From NCBI GenBank assembly GCA_030428025.1, contig JAUIBJ010000001.1, positions 1 to 46,171 on the forward strand: DNA of 46,171 nt, in the 5' to 3' direction. The notes beneath the pieces were generated by a model. It was not told the origin of the DNA. It did not search any database and worked only from the letters and a program-made list of their open reading frames with translations. A program made the position numbers and the translations under genes. This DNA comes from Alphaproteobacteria bacterium. GTDB taxonomy: Bacteria; Pseudomonadota; Alphaproteobacteria; Rhodobacterales; Rhodobacteraceae. Below, in pieces: positions 26,678-36,071 of the stretch (position 1 is the stretch's first letter; each line of letters opens with the position of its first letter).

Positions 26678-26979
26678 TGCTCGTCCTCCATGAGTTGTCT
26701 CAGTTCAAAGTTCGTCACGCCCATCAGGGCGAGAATCTCGCGGGCCATGTCCTGCCGGCCATGCTCGATCGCCAGGCGGATCGGATCGACGGGCGCGCCC
26801 AGGGGAACGCCCGACGAGTAGTCATCTGGGGTCAGCGTCAGAAGCCGCGACATGCGCAACAGGTCCGGGACCAGCTCAGGCTCGGCCGCCGCCGCCTTCG
26901 ACCAGCGATGCGCCACTTCCCCCGCATCCGACTTGCGGGGAAAGAGCGTGCGCAGGATGCCGATGCGGTCGAAGATCAC
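26674..26979 (-). CDS. Bbp19-like phage protein
   Basis: 101 aa between portal and scaffold, with the AIEHGRQDMAREI motif. Confidence 0.65.
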   Translation of the reverse strand: MIFDRIGILRTLFPRKSDAGEVAHRWSKAAAAEPELVPDLLRMSRLLTLTPDDYSSGVPLGAPVDPIRLAIEHGRQDMAREILALMGVTNFELRQLMEDEQ

Positions 26980-28661
26980 TGACCACCCCCTTCGCCCTGC
27001 AGCATGGCGGCCGCGCCGGCCGCGTCCTTCAGGGCGGCGGCGGCAGGCTGGGCCAGCTGGGCCATCGTCGCGGCCTGCTGCTGCTCGGCGCGGGCCTTGG
27101 CGATTTCGTCGGCCTCGGCGCGCGATCGCAGGATGCGCGCGGGCAGCGACGGGCTGGCCTCGTGCAGGGCCTCGACGGTCGCGTCGGGATCCAGCCGGTC
27201 CATGTAGCGCGGGTTCGCCGCCGCCAGCGGGCCGAGATTATTGATGAACTGCACGATCGCGGTGCCCTCGCGCGCTTTCATCGCCAGGGCGGCCGCCGAG
27301 GTGTAGCGGGTCTGCAGAGGCAAGCCCTCGGCTTCTTTCGGCGGCGGGGGGATCTGGCCTCGGCGCCATAGTTCACGGAACCGGCGCTCAACCTTGGCAG
27401 CCGCGTATTCCTCCATGATCCGATCGCTGTGCGGCGCCCATTCGCGCAGGCGCGCCTCTTCCATGATCATGGTTTCTTCGACCGTGACGCCGGTGCGGCC
27501 GGAAAGCCCCATGATCGAGTAGTGGAAGGCGTTCTTGATCTCCTCGACCTTGGCGGCCTTTTCCTGGTGGGTCAGGCCGATGCCGGCATTGCGCTGCAGG
27601 ATGTCCACCATCCGGTCGCCCCGCATGTTCATGCCGCCATAGACGACATGTCCGGGTCGGACATGGCCGTTCAGCGGCCAGGTTTCGCGATCGGGCGCCA
27701 GAAGGGTGGGATCGGCGGCGTATTGCGCCCCCCGGATCGTGGCCCCTTCCATCAGGTTCACCGCCTTGGCCGAAGCGAGCGCGATGAAGCCGGGCCCGGT
27801 GCCGACCGTATGGCCGCTGTCCACGTCCCAGCGGGGCACATAGGCGGGCATTTCGTGGTAACCCTTGGTGCGGATCAGCCACTCTTCCATTTCGCAGACA
27901 TAGACGCTGATAAACGGCTTGCCCTTCAGGCCGATCCGGCCCGGCCGCCAGTCCCAGTTGGGCTTGATGTGCTGATAGAAGGTCACGTTCGTCGTGTCGC
28001 CCTTGACGGCCAGCTCCTCGAGCTTGGGCGGCAGGCTGCCCGTGTCCTTGAAGAGCTGCACCGCCGCGCGGGGCTTCAGCGGGAACTTGCGCACCCATTC
28101 ATTGACACGTCCCCAGGCGTCGATATCCCAGACCACCTCGGCCAGGCTGATCGAAAGGTCGCGGAACTTGCGGGCGCGCTCGTCGTACTCGTCGTATCCG
28201 GCAGCATTGCCGAAGGCCGAGATATCCGAATAAGCCTGGAACGTGGCGGGGTAGAAGCTCGAAAGCTCCGGCCTGAAGCTGTTGAAGGTGCGGGTGGTGG
28301 CGATGTCGTTCCACTCGGCCATGGGCTTCCAGGCATTGAAATCCGCGTCCGGTGTTTCCAGCGAAAACCACCGGCTCGCCGGGTTTGTCAGGTTCGCGTA
28401 GATCCCCGAGGCAAAGCTGCTCGCCGCCATGATGGGCTCAGACGAAAGCGGCTTTTCGAAGGTGCGGATCTCGGGGTTCGACAGGTTGAACCCGCCCCGC
28501 TGGGGGCGGATGAAGCGGGCAATGAACTCCCAGGCCTCGGCGTGTTCGGTCCGGTCCGTTTTCAGGTCCGTCCAGCGCTCCATCGCCTCTTTCGCGGCCG
28601 GGTGGCCCTTGCGGTCGGCGCCCGCATCGCCATCCGCGCCGATATCGGTCATCGCGTTCAT
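26976..28661 (-). CDS. Portal protein (head-to-tail connector, T7 gp8-like)
   Basis: WFSL, SSFY...AFGNA, PRW......G.GP and IKNAF motifs; 561 aa. Confidence 0.92.
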   Translation of the reverse strand: MNAMTDIGADGDAGADRKGHPAAKEAMERWTDLKTDRTEHAEAWEFIARFIRPQRGGFNLSNPEIRTFEKPLSSEPIMAASSFASGIYANLTNPASRWFSLETPDADFNAWKPMAEWNDIATTRTFNSFRPELSSFYPATFQAYSDISAFGNAAGYDEYDERARKFRDLSISLAEVVWDIDAWGRVNEWVRKFPLKPRAAVQLFKDTGSLPPKLEELAVKGDTTNVTFYQHIKPNWDWRPGRIGLKGKPFISVYVCEMEEWLIRTKGYHEMPAYVPRWDVDSGHTVGTGPGFIALASAKAVNLMEGATIRGAQYAADPTLLAPDRETWPLNGHVRPGHVVYGGMNMRGDRMVDILQRNAGIGLTHQEKAAKVEEIKNAFHYSIMGLSGRTGVTVEETMIMEEARLREWAPHSDRIMEEYAAAKVERRFRELWRRGQIPPPPKEAEGLPLQTRYTSAAALAMKAREGTAIVQFINNLGPLAAANPRYMDRLDPDATVEALHEASPSLPARILRSRAEADEIAKARAEQQQAATMAQLAQPAAAALKDAAGAAAMLQGEGGGQ

Positions 28662-28861
28662 GATGCCACCCCGCCAAGGGTCGGCGTCGACGGGATCCCG
28701 GTCGGGCTCGTCAGGATATTCGCGGCCGCGCCGGACCGACGGCGGCGCAGGCGGGCCTCCGCATCGGCGGCGGCGATCGCCTCGGTATTGTCATAGGCCG
28801 CGATCTGCTGCACGGCCGGGGACTTTGGCGTCTCGATCTTCGGGCCCTTGAACAGGCACAT
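28658..28861 (-). CDS. Small virion assembly protein upstream of portal
   Basis: MC start, RRRRSGAAANILTSPTG..TLG pattern typical of pre-portal genes; AAGGAGG SD. Confidence 0.7.
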   Translation of the reverse strand: MCLFKGPKIETPKSPAVQQIAAYDNTEAIAAADAEARLRRRRSGAAANILTSPTGIPSTPTLGGVAS

Positions 28862-28864
28862 GGG

Positions 28865-29404
28865 TCAGTCCTCCTTGGGGTCGCGAGGCAACGCGGGATC
28901 GGTCAGGCGCGGGTCTACCCACGCAAATTGGCGGAAGGTCTCGGCGCCGATGGCACCGAAACCCGGCATGTCGCATTCATGGGTAAACCCCGTGAGCGTC
29001 AGGAAGGCAGAAGCGCGCGGGTGCCGGGCCCAGGCGCGGGCCTCGATGCGGCTGATCCCCAGATCGTCCGCGAAGTCCGGCATCGCCTCGCGGATCAGGC
29101 GGGCGAGCTGTACCAGCGGGCGGCGATAGCGGATATGATCGCGGGCCAGCATGGCAGCCCCCGCCACACCGCGCTGCCCCGTCTGGCTGAGGGCGAGGAC
29201 GGCGAAGGGCTCGCCCCCCGCCTCCTCGGTATAGACCACCCAGCTTGCCGCCCAGAGGCCGCGCATGGCCCGCCAGTCGCCGAAAAGCGACAGGTGGGTC
29301 ACGGCCTCGCCCCGCGTCGCCTCGGCCTCCATCACGTCATGGGGATCGAGACGCTGGAAAACCAGCATGGCCGCCTGGTCGGAATATGGGCGGGGGGAGA
29401 TCAT
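28865..29404 (-). CDS. GNAT-fold protein (T7 gp13-like)
   Basis: RIEAR...HPRASAFLTLTGFTHE..MPGFG C-terminal GNAT pattern. Start MISPRP is ATGA-coupled. Confidence 0.7.
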   Translation of the reverse strand: MISPRPYSDQAAMLVFQRLDPHDVMEAEATRGEAVTHLSLFGDWRAMRGLWAASWVVYTEEAGGEPFAVLALSQTGQRGVAGAAMLARDHIRYRRPLVQLARLIREAMPDFADDLGISRIEARAWARHPRASAFLTLTGFTHECDMPGFGAIGAETFRQFAWVDPRLTDPALPRDPKED

Positions 29405-29847
29405 GCGCCGCTGCCCCCTTCCGGCCCGCACAGGTCCAGCACATAGCGCATGCCCATCGCGGCCACCTGCAGCGCTTCCTTGCGCGCCTGCAGGCCCCGG
29501 CCGGCATTCGACTTGACGCCCTCCCAAAGCTCGTCGAGCTCTTCCAGGATGACCGCGTAGCCATGATGCGGGGTCGCCATGGCGTCATGCTGGCCGATCG
29601 CCGCGACCAGTTCGTTTGCGGCCTCCATCGCCACTCGCATGGCCGGGTGCCCGCCCATCGCGTCCTCGGCCGCCAGAAGGGCATGGGCATTCGCCTCGGC
29701 CAGCCTCTGCACGACTGCGGCGAATTCGGGAAACCAGCCCCCGGCCGCCATTTCGATCCCGCGCTCGAGGGTCGCCAGCTCGGCCTCGCTCAGGACGGCG
29801 GCGATGGGCGGCACCGTGGTCGCCCCCGTCTTTGCCTGCGCGCCCAT
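29401..29847 (-). CDS. Protein with a MazG-like all-alpha NTP-pyrophosphatase-like C-terminal domain
   Basis: HGYAVILEELDELWE...RKEALQVAAM pattern. Confidence 0.55.
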   Translation of the reverse strand: MGAQAKTGATTVPPIAAVLSEAELATLERGIEMAAGGWFPEFAAVVQRLAEANAHALLAAEDAMGGHPAMRVAMEAANELVAAIGQHDAMATPHHGYAVILEELDELWEGVKSNAGRGLQARKEALQVAAMGMRYVLDLCGPEGGSGA

Positions 29848-30140
29848 CAGACGGCCTCCCCGGTCCGCACGGCACGCCGGGCGGCATTGCCCCAGTTCGT
29901 CAGCGCCATATGCACCCCGGCCATGCTCGACGTCTCGATCCCGGCCAGCTTCACGACGGTGCCGCGCGTGCCCTTATCGGCGATCTTTGCGCCGTTCTCG
30001 GTTTCCAGCTCATGGACCAGGTCGGTCAGGCGGGTGCCCTTCAGCTCCTCGATCCGGTTCGCCAGCCGGGTCAGCGTTTCCGCGACCAGCTTCGGCTTCG
30101 CGCGCGGCTTCGCGGCGGCTTTTGTCGGTGTCTTTGCCAT
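29847..30140 (-). CDS. Hypothetical protein
   Basis: 97 aa, GGAGG SD, TGATG coupling on both sides. Confidence 0.7.
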   Translation of the reverse strand: MAKTPTKAAAKPRAKPKLVAETLTRLANRIEELKGTRLTDLVHELETENGAKIADKGTRGTVVKLAGIETSSMAGVHMALTNWGNAARRAVRTGEAV

Positions 30141-31912
30141 CAGTGCAGTCCTCCGTAGGGGTTTGAAATGTCGTATCCGGTCTGCAGGCCGCCCTGCCCT
30201 CCCCCGTGAAGGGGCGGCCCGCCGTTGTGGCCCATCTGATCGGGCCGGTTCTCGGGGAAGCTGTCGGGCGAAAGGCCGCTGCCGCGCACCTCGCTCAGCA
30301 TCAGGTACTGCAGCGCGTCCATGACGTTCGCCTCGGTCTTGTCCTTGTCGGGGACCTTGCGCTTGTCGCCGTTCGCGTTGACCTCTTCGGTCCAGACATA
30401 GCGGGCCTCGAACCCCGCGATCAGGAACTTGGCACTCGGGTCGATCAGAAGGCCGGGCAGACCGCCTCGCATGGGCGCCTCGAGGCCCGCGCGCACGGCT
30501 TCCAGGCGCGGCTGGATGCGGTTCGCGCCGATCCGCTGGGGCTTGATGCGGAAACCCGCCGTCTGCCCGACCAGGCGGTTCCAGGTCTCGTTCTCCTCTT
30601 CGGCCAGCGAGCTGCCCTGCTCGCCCGCCATGTCGCCCCAGCCGCCCTCGATGCGCCAGCCGGGCCAGTTTTCCTCGAGGAAGGCAGCCAGGCGCTGACC
30701 GAAGACCCGCGCCAGAAGCCGCTCGGTCGGAAAATGCAGCTCGCCCAGGATGCGCCAGTGGATATGCCGGTTCCAGCCGGTGCCCTCGATCAGCTTCTGG
30801 CCGATGACGGCCGCGCCCAGAAGGCCCTGGTCGAGGCCGAGGCAGAGCGGCAGGCCCGGCAGCGGCGCCAGCGGCCCCTCGGCGACGTGGATCCGGCGGT
30901 TGAACTCGCGCTGGAAGACCGGCGCGCCGACCCGCATGTGAACGATCTTGTTGTAGACCATGCGGTCGATTTGATCGCCCCGGCCGAGAAGCGTCAGGGT
31001 TGCGATCTGGGTCGGGTAGTAGCCGGGGCCGAGATTGTGCAGGTTCTCGCAGCCCTTTTCGCCGAAGCCCGGCTGGCGGTAATAGCTGATCGTGATCGGC
31101 TTCGTGCCCGCCGGCAGGGTCGCGTTCAGCTGCTTCAGCACCGCCTCGCGCTTCGCCGCGTCATGGAACAGGTCGCAGACCCAGCTGTCCGGCTCGGGCG
31201 CGTTGAAGTCGCCGACGATCTGGCCGTAGTCGCGCAGCTCGACCGGGTAGCCCTCGAAGTGGATCTTCGCCGGGAAGCGGTTGATCCGGGTGATCGCATT
31301 CATCACGACGTCGATCGGGTTGGTGTCCATTTCGTGCAGCCAGATGTCGGTCGCCTGGTAGCCGCGCATCGCGCCCTGGATGTCGTCGCCGAAGGCCATG
31401 AACTCGGCCGTGAACTCGATCCGGCCCAGCCCGTCATCGAAATGCATGGTGAAGGTCGCCGGACCGCCCTTGCCGCCGGACCAGTCGCCCATCGCCGCCG
31501 GGTAGACGGTCAGGAAATCGGGGATCGTGGTGGACCAGAGCTGCCGGTAGGTGGCGCGGATGACCAGGAGCTTGTATCTCCGCACCCCGTCGATCACGCT
31601 CCTGGGCATCGCCATGGCCCGGCGCAGCCGCGATTTCAGGACCGTCGTCGTCTTGCCGCTGCCCACGGGGCCCTGGATGCCCGGCAGCGTGCCGTCATCC
31701 CAGTAAAGCGCCTCGGCGATCGGGCCGGGGAAGTCGGGCACGTCGAGATCGAGCTTGTCAGCGCCGAATTCCGCCGATAGGGTCGCGATTGCCTCTTTCG
31801 CGTCCAGCTCCATCAGCTCGTCCACGCGATCATCCGTCAGCCGCCGGTTTTCGGCGTCTGTCAGGGGCGCGCCCCCCGACCCCCTACCCGTGGTTCCAAG
31901 GTTCGCGCTCAA
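30140..31912 (-). CDS. terL: Terminase large subunit
   Basis: Walker A GPVGSGKTT, Walker B IWLHE, DFNAP, nuclease LGLDQG and C-terminal VMDALQY. Start uncertain: TTG at 31912 overlapping the upstream stop, frame open to 32014. Confidence 0.92.
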   Translation of the reverse strand: MSANLGTTGRGSGGAPLTDAENRRLTDDRVDELMELDAKEAIATLSAEFGADKLDLDVPDFPGPIAEALYWDDGTLPGIQGPVGSGKTTTVLKSRLRRAMAMPRSVIDGVRRYKLLVIRATYRQLWSTTIPDFLTVYPAAMGDWSGGKGGPATFTMHFDDGLGRIEFTAEFMAFGDDIQGAMRGYQATDIWLHEMDTNPIDVVMNAITRINRFPAKIHFEGYPVELRDYGQIVGDFNAPEPDSWVCDLFHDAAKREAVLKQLNATLPAGTKPITISYYRQPGFGEKGCENLHNLGPGYYPTQIATLTLLGRGDQIDRMVYNKIVHMRVGAPVFQREFNRRIHVAEGPLAPLPGLPLCLGLDQGLLGAAVIGQKLIEGTGWNRHIHWRILGELHFPTERLLARVFGQRLAAFLEENWPGWRIEGGWGDMAGEQGSSLAEEENETWNRLVGQTAGFRIKPQRIGANRIQPRLEAVRAGLEAPMRGGLPGLLIDPSAKFLIAGFEARYVWTEEVNANGDKRKVPDKDKTEANVMDALQYLMLSEVRGSGLSPDSFPENRPDQMGHNGGPPLHGGGQGGLQTGYDISNPYGGLH

Positions 31913-32160
31913 TTTTCGGACCTCCGCTGCCCGGAAAGTGAGAATGGCCTCTCTGAGGGGGGGAGGCCTTCTTCGGCGCGACCACCCCCCCGGGGGGTGA
32001 TGCGGGCGGCCCAAAGCTCGGCGTCGGTTGCTCTGACCGCTTCGGCGAAGGTCAGCCGGACGGGGCGGCGCGGCTGATTTTCAATCAGAGGGTTCGGCCC
32101 ATTTTCGCCCTGCGATTTCAACGGGTTAGCGTGTCCGTCCGAATTCGGATGCCGGGTCAT
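31909..32160 (-). CDS. Hypothetical ORF spanning the putative packaging region
   Basis: ATGA-coupled to the upstream gene, but composition is poor and it overlaps IHF-like sites. Confidence 0.35.
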   Translation of the reverse strand: MTRHPNSDGHANPLKSQGENGPNPLIENQPRRPVRLTFAEAVRATDAELWAARITPRGGGRAEEGLPPSERPFSLSGQRRSEN

Positions 32161-32798
32161 TCGTCATCACCTTCGCTAAGTGACTGATTTTGCTCAATCT
32201 CGCCGGGCAGCGGCGGCGGCGTGATCCGGCGGGCTTTCGGGGTCACGTCGCGCGCCTGGTCGGACCGGCTCGGCGCGGCCGAGGGCGCGCCCTGGACGAC
32301 GATCTGCGTCACCTGCTGGGTGGTCACCTGCTCGGGCGTGACCTTGGGCGCGCCGTAGGGCATCAGCGCATCAGCCGCGCGCAGCATGATCGAGTAGAGC
32401 TGCATGAAGGCCTGCAGCTTCTGGTCGGCGGTCGGCTTCCACGGTCCCGGGATCTCCACATGCCCTTGGCCCGCGACGAACTTCATGTTGCGGGCACCGT
32501 CGCCAGCCCAGGCGAGGATCCGCTCGGCCTGCACCATGGCGGTCAGGATCGCATCCTCGCGGCTCGCGAGCCCGGCCATCTCGGCCAGGACGTCCTCGGG
32601 CAGGCGGTAGCCCTTCGACGCCAGCCACTCGCGCATCTGGTTCAGCGCCTTGCCCGGTCCGCGCTTCGGCTTGCCCTCATCAGCCACGACCGGCGCGTCG
32701 GGCAGGAGCGTCAGCTGCTCGGCCAGCTCGCGGCTCTGCTCGATCGACCGCGCGGCGTCGCGGGCCAGCTCCTCGAAGGCGTTGTCAGGGCCGGACAT
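32157..32798 (-). CDS. Putative terminase small subunit
   Basis: 213 aa upstream of terL; KRGPGK and AADALMPYGAPK motifs. Confidence 0.6.
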   Translation of the reverse strand: MSGPDNAFEELARDAARSIEQSRELAEQLTLLPDAPVVADEGKPKRGPGKALNQMREWLASKGYRLPEDVLAEMAGLASREDAILTAMVQAERILAWAGDGARNMKFVAGQGHVEIPGPWKPTADQKLQAFMQLYSIMLRAADALMPYGAPKVTPEQVTTQQVTQIVVQGAPSAAPSRSDQARDVTPKARRITPPPLPGEIEQNQSLSEGDDE

Positions 32799-32856
32799 CA
32801 GGCAAATCCCCCCCTTTTTGAACAATTCCAAGAGGTTAGGGGAAGAACGCGGCCGA

Positions 32857-33129
32857 GCCATACCGCCATACCGCTTGCAATTTCGGGCGGTATGGCCATC
32901 GGTATGGCTTTTTTCTGAACGATTTCAGACAGATAGAGATATCCATACCGCCATACCGCAGAGAGAGAGAGTTCTACATGCGTGGGCGTACACGCGCGCG
33001 CATGCGTATATACGCGCGCGCGGAAAGCGGTATGGCGGTATGGCCGCGCGCAAGTCGTTGAAATGTCTGGTAAATCTGCCATACCGCTGGCCATACCGGT
33101 GGGCTTGCCGAGTGGTATGGCGGTATGGC
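32857..33129. repeat. Putative replication origin: 12 (G)CCATACC iterons in six alternating pairs
   Basis: Forward copies at 32857, 32865, 32942 (TCCATACC), 32950, 33078, 33090. Reverse copies (GGTATGGC) at 32889, 32901, 33029, 33037, 33114, 33122. Non-coding gap directly downstream of the helicase gene. Confidence 0.85.
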
Positions 33130-33248
33130 CCGAACCCGTCGCTGCAGCGATCTGGACCGCGTCAATAATGGCATCCCTTTGGGTGCGGGGCAAGCCGGAA
33201 GTGACGCGGGGTTTCGGTGTGAGATATGTCACGCAAGCGCCTGTCATG

Positions 33249-35306
33249 TCAGAGGAATTCCTCCCAGTCGTCGGGACGCTTGGGTGCGGGCTCTGCCTCG
33301 CCCCGATCCATGGGGAAGCTCAGGAGCCCGGAGATCGAGCGGAAGGGGATGTAGACGCCGCGCGTGGTCTGGCCCGCGAGCGTCGCCTGTGTCACCTCGG
33401 CGCCCGGCACGCGGCGCGCAGCCTGCGACCAGACGCCGTTCGACCACTGTGTGTGCTCGAAGAGCTTCTTCAGGCCCGGTATGGGCTTGTTGGGGATGAA
33501 GAGCGCGGCCTGGTCGCCCTCGCCGCGCACTCTGAGGCCGATCTTGGCCAGCTTCTCGTTGGCGCGTTTCGCGGCGCCTGCGCGCTCCTCCGGGCCGGGC
33601 TCCATGCCGGCATCGGCGGCGCCCAGGACCAGCTCGCGCGGGGCGGCGGGCAGCTGACCGGCGACGGCCAGCCAGTGATAGATGTTCCACTGCTCGCCGC
33701 GCCGGTAGACGTCGTATTGCTGGCCGATCAGGTGGGTCAGCATATCTTCGGAGTTCGATCCGATGTCGTCGACCTGCGCCTTGGCGCCGAACGCGATCTT
33801 GCGGGCCCATTGCTCGAGGTAGGCCTCGCCCGGCAGCTCGGCCGTCATCAGCATGTCGGCCATGGCGATCGTCGTGGCCCAGTTGTCGCCGTCGCGGCCA
33901 TCGAGGCCGAATTTCGCCAGCGCCGCGCGCCACAGGGTCAGCCGTTCGCCCCATGTTGGCCAGCGGTCGATCAGCATGCGCTTCAGCGTCGCCCCGCGCG
34001 CCTTCTGGGTGCGGGGGTCGATCACAGGCTTCGTGCTGCCCTTCTCGGGCGGGTTCAGGTTGAACGTGATCAGGCGCGAGCGGTCCTGGGCGCCCATCGC
34101 GCCCGGAATGAGGATCGAGGAGAACATGAAGGTCGAATAGACGTTGCCCGACGCGCCCTTCTGGTCGGCCGTGCCGCGCAGCCACTGGCCGCCGGAACTG
34201 GCGACGCGCGCCAGGACGATGATATCGCGTTCCTTGTTCGATCCCTCGTCGCCGGGCTCGAGCTCATCGAGGGCGACGGGCAGCGAGGAATGGCCCAGGC
34301 GCGCCGTGATGCCCGATTTGGTCGGATCCGAGGACTGGATCAGACCCTTGTCGCCGTGCAGCCAGCGGATCAGGTCCTGCAGCGTCGATTTGCCGCTCGC
34401 CTTGTCGCCCGTGAACCAGAAGGCCGGGCGCCAGGCCAGCGCACCGCCCATCATCTGCACGCCCAGCATGCCCAAGGCCAGCATCGGGTCGATGTCGGGC
34501 CGGGCCCAGTTCCAGGTCGAGAAGAGCGCCAGCGTGTCCTCGGCCGCCGTCGCCTTGACCGGGGTCAGGCTGGGCTCGGGGATCGGCGGATAGGCCGGGT
34601 AGATCTTGCCGTCGATCTCGCCCGGTTCGCGGCGGGCGTCCTTCAGGATCAGCTCGCGGCCGGTATGGTAGATCAGGTTGCCCTCGTCATCCGACCAGGC
34701 GCCCACGCCGCGCACGGCGCCGTCGGGGTTGAACAGCCCCTTCTCAAAGGCCGCCTGGACCATCGCGAAATTGCATGGCTGGCTGTCGAAATTGTCGGGA
34801 TAGACCGCGCCATCCTTGTTCCGCTTCGGAAACCTGGTGCGCAAAAGGTCGATGCGGCCGAAGAGGCCGAGGATATAGCTCGGCTTCATTTCGGCCTTGG
34901 TGATCCGCATCTGCCCGTGGCGATCGAGGAAAAAGAAGAAGTCGCCGTTGACGCCGAGCGCCTTGACCGGGCAGCCATCCCAGATCTCGCCCAGTGGCCG
35001 GCCGGCCTTGCGCCCTGGGGGCGTCGGGCCCTGGCCGGGATCCCGATCGGCCGAGGCGGGCCCGGGATCGCCGCCAGGGCCGCCCTGGGCGCCGCTTTCG
35101 GGCTTCGCCGAGGGTTCGGCCACGACAGGGGCGTCCTTCAGCTCCTCGGCCAGCGTTTTCGCCTTGCCGGGCCGCTTGGGGGCCTTCTTCGATGGTGCGG
35201 GCTTCTTGTCCTCGGGGCGCAGCACGTTCGGATGCCCGTCCACCGCCTTGGGTGCGGGGGCCGGGCTCGACAGCCAGTCGTCGTTGTTGGGGGCGTCAGC
35301 TGTCAT
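33249..35306 (-). CDS. Replicative helicase / origin-binding P-loop ATPase
   Basis: Walker A GDKASGKST, Walker B VALDELE and arginine finger QDRSR; lies next to the primase and the iteron array. Confidence 0.8.
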   Translation of the reverse strand: MTADAPNNDDWLSSPAPAPKAVDGHPNVLRPEDKKPAPSKKAPKRPGKAKTLAEELKDAPVVAEPSAKPESGAQGGPGGDPGPASADRDPGQGPTPPGRKAGRPLGEIWDGCPVKALGVNGDFFFFLDRHGQMRITKAEMKPSYILGLFGRIDLLRTRFPKRNKDGAVYPDNFDSQPCNFAMVQAAFEKGLFNPDGAVRGVGAWSDDEGNLIYHTGRELILKDARREPGEIDGKIYPAYPPIPEPSLTPVKATAAEDTLALFSTWNWARPDIDPMLALGMLGVQMMGGALAWRPAFWFTGDKASGKSTLQDLIRWLHGDKGLIQSSDPTKSGITARLGHSSLPVALDELEPGDEGSNKERDIIVLARVASSGGQWLRGTADQKGASGNVYSTFMFSSILIPGAMGAQDRSRLITFNLNPPEKGSTKPVIDPRTQKARGATLKRMLIDRWPTWGERLTLWRAALAKFGLDGRDGDNWATTIAMADMLMTAELPGEAYLEQWARKIAFGAKAQVDDIGSNSEDMLTHLIGQQYDVYRRGEQWNIYHWLAVAGQLPAAPRELVLGAADAGMEPGPEERAGAAKRANEKLAKIGLRVRGEGDQAALFIPNKPIPGLKKLFEHTQWSNGVWSQAARRVPGAEVTQATLAGQTTRGVYIPFRSISGLLSFPMDRGEAEPAPKRPDDWEEFL

Positions 35307-35476
35307 GCGCGAGCCTCGGCGATGAGCGCGCGGACCTGGTCGGCCAGAGACCGTTCGCTATCGAAGGCCATCAGGTACAGGCGTTCATATTCCTCGGCGC
35401 TCAGATGGACCTGAATTGTCCGGCCGCTGCGGCCCGAAGGCGGAGAGGCGCGGAGAAGGCGGCGCTTGTCGATCAT
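35303..35476 (-). CDS. Ribbon-helix-helix-like protein, 57 aa
   Basis: TIQVHLSAEEYERL..MA...RSLADQVRALI; ATGA-coupled on both sides. Confidence 0.6.
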   Translation of the reverse strand: MIDKRRLLRASPPSGRSGRTIQVHLSAEEYERLYLMAFDSERSLADQVRALIAEARA

Positions 35477-35781
35477 GGGCGCGCCTCCCGATGCAGGTTC
35501 ACGCGCGCTTCCCATGCCCGACCATCGTCCTCGAACGAGATTGCCATGGCCGCGCAGCACTGAGGACAAAAGCGCGTCGTGACGCAGCGGCCGTTCCATA
35601 CCTCGACGCGCGCACGATGACGCTCGCCCTGCTCGATCGAGCCGCCACAAATGTTGCAGACATTGGCGTGTCGCTTTCCTGCGGTCACGATCTTGTCGGA
35701 CAGCAGGACCTCGCCATCGCCAAAGTCGCCTGCGAACGGGTCCGCATCGAGGCAATCCTGCTCGTTCCAGACGACGCCCAT
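35473..35781 (-). CDS. Zinc-finger hypothetical protein
   Basis: CNIC and CPQC pairs. Confidence 0.7.
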   Translation of the reverse strand: MGVVWNEQDCLDADPFAGDFGDGEVLLSDKIVTAGKRHANVCNICGGSIEQGERHRARVEVWNGRCVTTRFCPQCCAAMAISFEDDGRAWEARVNLHREARP

Positions 35782-36071
35782 CAGACCGGCTCCGCGATCT
35801 TAGGTTCCGGGGCGGGCAAGGTCTCGACCAGCTCGACCAGCTTCTGCAGCGCGCGCGGGCGGCGGATGCGGTAGCGGATGACGCAGGGGCCATGCTTGGG
35901 GTGCCTCTGGATCCAGCAATAGTGGCCAAGTTCATGCGGCGTCACGACGCCATCGCGCCGCATGATGTTTCCCCAGGCAACGTGGTGCCCTTCGACTTCG
36001 ACATGCTGGCCGAGCTGCACCGGACATCCCCGCCCATCATGCTCGATCCACGGCCCCCATTCGTCGCTCAT
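35781..36071 (-). CDS. Hypothetical phage protein
   Basis: WIEHDGRGCPV...IRYRI pattern; coupled to neighbours. Confidence 0.7.
   Translation of the reverse strand: MSDEWGPWIEHDGRGCPVQLGQHVEVEGHHVAWGNIMRRDGVVTPHELGHYCWIQRHPKHGPCVIRYRIRRPRALQKLVELVETLPAPEPKIAEPV

Noticed and set aside
33218-33233. CRP-like TGTGA-N6-TCACG site downstream of the helicase
   Set aside because: Single imperfect match that does not fit the phage operator spacing. Insufficient support.
32798-33247. ORFs across the iteron array, and a CRISPR or tandem-repeat interpretation
   Set aside because: Repeats are 8 bp, in both orientations, without unique spacers or cas genes. The ORFs are translations of the repeats.
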